Below, in pieces: positions 58,522 to 64,000 of a stretch of 64,000 nt of DNA. Below the pieces are notes generated by a model, which worked only from the letters and a program-made list of their open reading frames with translations, did not search any database and was not told where the DNA came from. Made by a program: the position numbers and the translations under genes. The number at the start of each line of letters is the position of its first letter. Position 1 is the stretch's first letter. Source of the stretch: Ignavibacteriota bacterium (GTDB taxonomy: Bacteria > Bacteroidota > Ignavibacteria > UBA10030 > UBA6906); assembly GCA_963808715.1 (NCBI GenBank), contig CAWEHG010000015.1, forward strand, positions 8,732 through 72,731, read 5' to 3'.

Positions 58522-59421
58522 TCAGGGCAGGGCCCTGCGGACCGTAAGCTCGCCGCCGCGCGCGAAGATCGTCAGCGCCGGTCCGGCCTTGTGAGGATAG
58601 TTGCCGTTCCGGGGGAGAACCGAACCGCCTGATTCCAGGTAGTACGGTTCTCCCTCGATCAGCACGATGATGCCGACGTGCCCCGTACGACCCACGACGT
58701 CTCCGGATCTCAGGAGCGCAAGCTGCGATTTGTCCGGGATCCCCCCTTCGGCACACGCAGGACCTCCTTTCCCAAGCCTCAGAAGGTCGTGCGTATCGAC
58801 GCGAAAGCGGTTCGATGTTCTTTCTGCGCCCACCCAGATCCTCCATCCCGTGCGCACGCGCATACAACGCGAATCCCGCTGAGGAAAAGAACGCCGCGCT
58901 GTCGCCGGGCGCGAGCAGCCCCGCGTAGACGGCGATCTCGTACGGCGCCGAAACGAATCCCGAGCAATCCAGGCCGAAAAGCGAACGGGCACGGTTCCCC
59001 TCTTCCTGTGGATCGTCCAGATCCAGCATGTCGCCTCCCCAGCGGTAGAACCCCGGGCCGAACCATGAACGGTACATCTCGTGCGTGAAGAGCGTCAGGT
59101 CGCCGATCAATTCATTCGCGGGCAACCGCCTGAGCTCTTCAATCCTCGGCCGGAGAGCGGGGAGCATGACCGAATCCAGGAATTCTCGGTTCCGGGTCAC
59201 GAATCCCCTGAGGACCAGCGTATCCTTGGTGACCGTCGCGGCCACCCCCGGGAGATTCCTGTTGAATCGGCTTTGCAGGCCGGGAGAAGGAGGGACGACC
59301 TCGATCGCGCGGATCGAAGGAGCCGTATTCGACGAAATCGGCCCGAGGAGCGAAGATCGAACATGAGGGAAGCGTCAGTACCAATGCTGACCGCAAGGAT
59401 CGCGGGAAAAAGGCGTCTCAT
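58522..59421 (-). CDS. NlpC/P60 (C40) family peptidase, two frame breaks
   Basis: ORFs 59197..59421 (MRRLFPAILAVSIGTDAS), 58496..59245 (..RSLFGLDCSGFVSAPYEIAVY.., Cys nucleophile) and 58522..58992 (..SGDVVGRTGHVGIIVLIEGEPYYLESGG, His). Confidence 0.7.
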
Positions 59422-59731
59422 GGGGTTCTTTCCAGGGTGCCGTCCAATATACGCCCGTCGTAGTCATAGGGTCAAGTGGGACTGTCTGACGGTCCGATGT
59501 TCGCGCATAGACCGGCGATTTCTGTCACGGCCCTGGCCGAACTTCCTCAACTGGCTGTTTCCCGGCACTTTGGAGAATCGGGGGTTTCGGGGCCCCTCAG
59601 GGGGCGCTTATCGGCCGAAATACACCCAGATCGCTTCTTTCCGTCCGAGGAGCGGCACCTCTGCCCGATGGCATGTTGCTTGAAGCACATTTAGTGAGCC
59701 GTGTCACCTCGTGGTGGCCGGGAGAGGACCC

Positions 59732-60157
59732 ATGAACGCCAGACCGATCGTTGTAGCGCTGCTGCTTGCCTCAGGCGGAGACGCACACGCGCAGGCGGTG
59801 AAGACCGAAGCCGCCGACGATTCGCCCCGCCGGCCCCGGTGCAGCGTGTACGAAGCGGAAGCCCATGTGGGCGAACTCGCCGCCGTCCGGGGGATGGTGC
59901 GCGAGGTCCTTCGCTCTCCCAAAGGCCTCGCCGTCCTGACTTTCGGGGGCTGCTACCCGGACCAGGTCTTTTCCGTGGTCATTGCAGACCCGAGGGACTT
60001 CGGCAACCTGAAGCGCTTCAACGGTTCCACCATCGAAGTGGCCGGATTCGTCCGCAGATTCGGCGGGAAGCCCGAGATCGTCATCAGCCGCAGCAACCAG
60101 ATCCTCCGCATGGAGCCAGCCTCCGACCCGACCCAGGGGGGTATGGGCGGTCCGTAG
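59732..60157 (+). CDS. small secreted hypothetical protein (OB-fold-like pattern)
   Basis: ATG 59732 inside ORF 59711..60157: MNARPIVVALLLASGGDAHAQ..VGELAAVRGMVREVLRSPKGLAVLTFGGCYPDQVFSVVI..STIEVAGFVRRFGGKPEIVI. Confidence 0.5.
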   Translation: MNARPIVVALLLASGGDAHAQAVKTEAADDSPRRPRCSVYEAEAHVGELAAVRGMVREVLRSPKGLAVLTFGGCYPDQVFSVVIADPRDFGNLKRFNGSTIEVAGFVRRFGGKPEIVISRSNQILRMEPASDPTQGGMGGP

Positions 60158-60294
60158 TCCGAAAGTGTCGCCCGATGATACCCGTGGCCGTGACCGGAAC
60201 GCTATCTTGAGGAGGTCCATCGAGGAGGCGTGTATGGCCATAGGTCAGGTGTCGCACAACAGGTGACCCCGGAACGGTCGCGTTCGCCAAACAG

Positions 60295-61143
60295 GTGTTC
60301 CGTTTGCTGAGGCAGTCCAACTACCAGGGTATCTACCGCCGCGTCCCGATCACGCCAGGGCTGGTGCAGGACCTGGCGGCCCTCTCCGTCCACATAGAAA
60401 GAGTCGGAGCCATGGCCGACGCCGTGGCAAAGCAGGAGGAGATGGAGTGGGACGAACTCCTGGCTCCGGGAACGGATCCTCCGGGGATCCTGGAGGAGGC
60501 CTACTGCCAGCTTGCCGGGCGACACCTGAGCGGCCCGGTGTTCTTCGACGAAGGCCTGGTCGCCGAAGTGTACGATGCGATCGCCGAGGTGCACTACCGG
60601 TCCTTTCTCGAGCACCTGCTCCGGTCGACACCCCTCTGCGCGATGGACCATCACAACCGCGGGACCGCCCGCTGTGAGACCGGGGACCATGAGGGAGCGA
60701 TCGATGACCATACTCTCGCGATCGGGATGGACCCGGCCGAACCGAGGTACTACCTTTCAAGGGCACGGTGCATGCTCGAGCATCTGCACGATCCGCTTTC
60801 AGCGGCTCTCGACATCCGGATGGCGGAGGAGCTGGCCGACCCTGCCGGGGATCCGTCGGTGCTGGATCTGCCCGTACTGAAGGCGCGCATCCTGCTGGCG
60901 CAGGGCAAGATGGTCGGGGTGGTCCGGGCGCTCATGGAGTTCGTCTCCGACGCCGGATCGTTCGTGGCCTCGGCGGCCTGGGAACCGGGCGGGTTCGGGA
61001 CCGCGCAGAGCGGCGTACGCGTGCATGCACGGGCGGTCCTGGAGAATGTCGAGGAGGCCATCGAGGTCCTGGAGGCCCTGCCGTCGGAGGAGGACGTCCG
61101 GATGATCGACAGACTCCTCCGGAATCTTGCCGCGAAGTTGTGA
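60295..61143 (+). CDS. hypothetical protein with TPR-like segment
   Basis: ORF 60295..61143 (true start may be MADAVAKQEE at about 60412). ..NRGTARCETGDHEGAIDDHTLAIGMDPAEPRYYLSRARC..; no family recognised. Confidence 0.45.
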   Translation: MFRLLRQSNYQGIYRRVPITPGLVQDLAALSVHIERVGAMADAVAKQEEMEWDELLAPGTDPPGILEEAYCQLAGRHLSGPVFFDEGLVAEVYDAIAEVHYRSFLEHLLRSTPLCAMDHHNRGTARCETGDHEGAIDDHTLAIGMDPAEPRYYLSRARCMLEHLHDPLSAALDIRMAEELADPAGDPSVLDLPVLKARILLAQGKMVGVVRALMEFVSDAGSFVASAAWEPGGFGTAQSGVRVHARAVLENVEEAIEVLEALPSEEDVRMIDRLLRNLAAKL

Positions 61144-61210
61144 TTGAACTGTTCGGGGCTTCTTCCTATCTTCCACCTCACACTTTCACGAGGAAGGAGA
61201 GCGCCCGCTC

Positions 61211-62921
61211 ATGAAGTTCCGCCAGCGTGCCTGCATTGCCCTCACCGCATCGATGCTCTGCTTCTCTGCGGCATCGGCCCAACCGGAGAAGGTCGACACC
61301 CTCGCCCTGTCGCGCATCAAGACCGAAGGTCTGAAGAATTCCCAGGTCATGTCCCTGCTGACGTCACTGTGCGACGTCTATTCTCCCAGGCTCACATGGT
61401 CGCCGGAATATCGCCGGGGTGCGGAGTGGGCTACCGGGAAGCTGAAGGAATGGGGGGTGACCACGTCGTTCGACCGCTGGGCGCCGCTCGGGAGAGGGTG
61501 GACCCTGAAGAATTTCTCTGCCATGGTCACGGCGCCTGTTCCGTATCCGGTGATCGCGTATCCCGCGGCCTGGTCTCCCGGGCTGAAGGAGAAACAGGCC
61601 GAGGTGGTCTTCCTCGATGCGCGGACTCCCGCCGATCTTGAGAAATACCGCGGGAAACTGAAAGGAAAGTTCGTGCTGGTCGGCGAGCCGGTGCCGGTGC
61701 GGGCCCATTTCGAGCCGCAGGCCGCGCGGCTGGCGGATTCCATCCTTCTGCGTATGGCCAACGCCGACCTCCAGGGGGGCGGCAGGCGCGGTCCGCGCCG
61801 GTTCCCCCGTCTGGATCGGATCACTCCCGAGACCATTGACTCGGTCATCGCCGCGATGCGGCAAATGAACCCTGACGCTGACACGGCCACGATCCGGGAC
61901 CGGATGGAGGAGATGATGGTGGCCCCGCGCAGGCTCGAATTCGTCCAGAAAGAGGGGGCTCTCGCGGTCATCACCCCGGGACGCGGCGATGGCGGGACGA
62001 TGATCGTCCAGGCTGCCTCCGTTCCGCAGCCGCCCGATACTCCCCGCGACAAGCGCGTGAGTCCGTACGACGCTGCGGCGCCGGAATTCCCGCCCCAGGT
62101 GGTGTTCGCGGCGGAGCATTACAACCGGATCGTGCGTATCCTGCGTTCGGGCGAGAAGGTGAAACTGGAGATGGAACTCGAGGTCGAGGTCACGAAAGCG
62201 GATTCGGGGCTCAACGTGATCGGCGAGATCCCCGGGACCGACCTGAAGGACGAAGTGGTCATGATCGGTGGACACTTCGACACCTGGCATGCGGGGACCG
62301 GGGCGACGGACAACAACACCGGTACCGCCGCCTGCATGGAAGCGGTGCGGATCCTTCAGACCATCGCCCAGAAGGACGGACTAAGACCCCGGCGGACGAT
62401 CCGGATCGGTCTCTGGGGAGGCGAAGAGCAGGGGCTGATCGGGTCGCGGGAGTATGTCGCCCAGACCTACGCAAAACGAGCGGCGGGTGCTATCGCCGTC
62501 CGGCGGCGGGGAGGTCACGAAGACCCCCCAGTTCGAAAACTTCTCGGTCTACTTCAACCACGACAACGGTACGGGAAGGCTGCGCGGGATCTATCTGCAG
62601 GGAAACGAGGCCTCGCGACCTGTCTTCCGCGCCTGGCTGACGGCGTACGGCGATCCGTCGGCACAGACCGTGACGATCCAGAACACCGGTGGGACGGACC
62701 ATCAGTCCTTCGACGGCGTAGGACTCCCGGGATTCCAGTTCATCCAGGACCCCGTCGAATACGACTCCCGCACGCATCACTACAACATGGATACGTACGA
62801 GAGGATCCAGGAACCGGACATGAAGCAGGCGGCGACGATGATGGCGTTCTTTGCCTATCAGGCCGCAACACGGGACGGCAAGTTCCCCCGCAAGCCCGCT
62901 CCACCTGCCGGGACCCGGTAG
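61211..62921 (+). CDS. M28-family peptidase with PA-like insert (one frame break)
   Basis: ORF 61211..62965 ([101 protein letters not shown]), then ORF 62454..62921 (..[40 protein letters not shown]). Break near 62468-62476. Confidence 0.8.
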
Positions 62922-62953
62922 CGGGGGAGTCCTTGCGCGTCGGGGTGAGATCG

Positions 62954-64000
62954 TCAAAGCGTTGAGAGAAGCTTTTCTGCTTTGGTGCGTACGAAGGCGT
63001 AGTTCATCGCCGGAAGCGAACGGAACTGCGCCGCACGAAGCGCCGCCTCTTTCGCCTCTCCGCTCTTGCCGGCTCCCTGGAATGCCAGCGCGAGCCGGTA
63101 GAGGTTGGCGGGATCCTGCTGGTTGGACTGCAGGAGCTCGTCGACTGCCCGGTGGTGGTCTTTGCGCGCCAGGGCGATCATCCCGGCGAGCTCGTGTGCC
63201 AGGCGGATCTGGTTCTGGTTCTTCTTTGCCTGGGCCCCCTTGAGGAGTTTCTCCGCCTCGACGCCCGCCCTGGAGAGATCCCCTGAGATCACGGTTGCCC
63301 GGCCCGCGTTGTAGTGATAGATCAGGGCAGCGTTGTCCTTGACCTCGGCTGCGAGATCGGCTTTCCCGATCAGTTCCAGTGCGCGGTCGTAACGCCCCAG
63401 CGCTTCGCCCCCCTTCCCGGAATCCAGGAGAATGTTCCCCTGCAGGACCAGGTCGCCGGCCATCGCGGCATGGTCGCGGATCGTTTCGGCGACGGCGTAT
63501 TGCTTATCGACGTAGACGAGAGCGCGGTCCGCCTTCCCGGCGTCCATCGCGATCACCGCCATGGTGAAGTACGCCGCCCGCCGCTCTCCGTCGTTCCGCG
63601 AAAGCTCCAGGGCGTGTTCCATCTCCCCCAGGGCTTCCTTATGCTTCCCCTGGTACATCAACGCCGCGGAGATCCCGGCGAATGAGTTCGCGAAGCGGGG
63701 GTTCACCGCGAGAGCCTTGCGATACTGGGTCACGGCATCGTCGAATCTGCCCATCTTCAGGAGCAGCTCGCCATACGAGTCGTATGGATTGGGATCGTCC
63801 GGGATCAATCGGGTGTATGCGGCGAAGGTCTTCTCCGCCTCCTCGAACCGATCGACGAAGCGATAGGCATACCCGAGCTGGTTATATGCGGGGGCGAATC
63901 CGGGATTGACCGCTGTCGCCTTGGTCAGCCAGTGGATCGCGTCGGTCCACTCCTGCTGCCCGAAGTACGAGATCCCCAGCAGGGTGAGGGCCCGTTCGTC
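62954..64000 (-). CDS. TPR-repeat protein (N-terminus beyond window edge)
   Basis: ORF 62954..63808(-). The same frame stays open to position 64000 (own translation DERALTLLGISYFGQQEWTDAIHWLTKATAVNPGFAPAYNQLGYAYRF..). Canonical TPR units throughout. Confidence 0.75.
   Translation of the reverse strand, partial: DERALTLLGISYFGQQEWTDAIHWLTKATAVNPGFAPAYNQLGYAYRFVDRFEEAEKTFAAYTRLIPDDPNPYDSYGELLLKMGRFDDAVTQYRKALAVNPRFANSFAGISAALMYQGKHKEALGEMEHALELSRNDGERRAAYFTMAVIAMDAGKADRALVYVDKQYAVAETIRDHAAMAGDLVLQGNILLDSGKGGEALGRYDRALELIGKADLAAEVKDNAALIYHYNAGRATVISGDLSRAGVEAEKLLKGAQAKKNQNQIRLAHELAGMIALARKDHHRAVDELLQSNQQDPANLYRLALAFQGAGKSGEAKEAALRAAQFRSLPAMNYAFVRTKAEKLLSTL

Noticed and set aside
59422-59731. 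310-nt divergent intergenic region screened for tRNA-Sec, other ncRNA or a sigma-54 promoter
   Set aside because: No cloverleaf with a UCA anticodon, no GG-N10-GC promoter and no recognisable RNA family by eye. Only a short GGGGCCCC palindrome. Nothing supportable.
4087-62921. Programmed ribosomal frameshifting as a general explanation for the many split genes
   Set aside because: Break sites lack a common slippery heptamer or downstream pseudoknot. Both +1 and -1 corrections are needed. Many breaks lie in homopolymer runs and come in compensating pairs inside domains. This pattern is typical of indel errors.

Overview
GC-rich 64-kb fragment that reads like a metagenome-assembled contig from an uncultured Gram-negative bacterium of the FCB type: three cargo proteins end in the T9SS/Por C-terminal sorting domain (..NYPNPFNPST..). 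I can support about 58 protein-coding loci and one tRNA-Gly(CCC). I see no rRNA, CRISPR array, transposase, integrase, phage or recognisable defence genes. Content includes secreted peptidases (M16, three M28, NlpC/P60, a clan-CD-like lipoprotein), a GH2+GH127-like hydrolase fusion, an ECF sigma/anti-sigma/DUF4097 module, a LiaF-LytS-LytTR module, HrpB, RmuC, an acyl-CoA synthetase and an MtaB-like methyltransferase that is missing from the ORF track. Two things stand out. (i) Two paralogous TlpA/redoxin-like genes carry an in-frame TGA exactly at the first Cys of CxxC. Each TGA is followed by a SECIS-like hairpin with the same AGUUU loop and compensatory stem changes, so both are candidate selenoproteins; they bracket a T9SS beta-propeller gene in a five-gene envelope cluster (2827-7829). 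(ii) A tightly packed pgsB-pgsC poly-gamma-glutamate-type locus (42230-50390) includes a signal-bearing Glu racemase, a DctM-like permease, and M14-like and FGase-like genes, but no CapA/PgsA. Major caveat: roughly 45 reading-frame breaks, many located in homopolymer runs, fragment about half of the genes. I stitched ORF-track pieces by eye, so boundaries of broken genes are approximate, and 'pseudogene' means 'as sequenced'. All homology statements are by-eye motif recognition; no searches were run.
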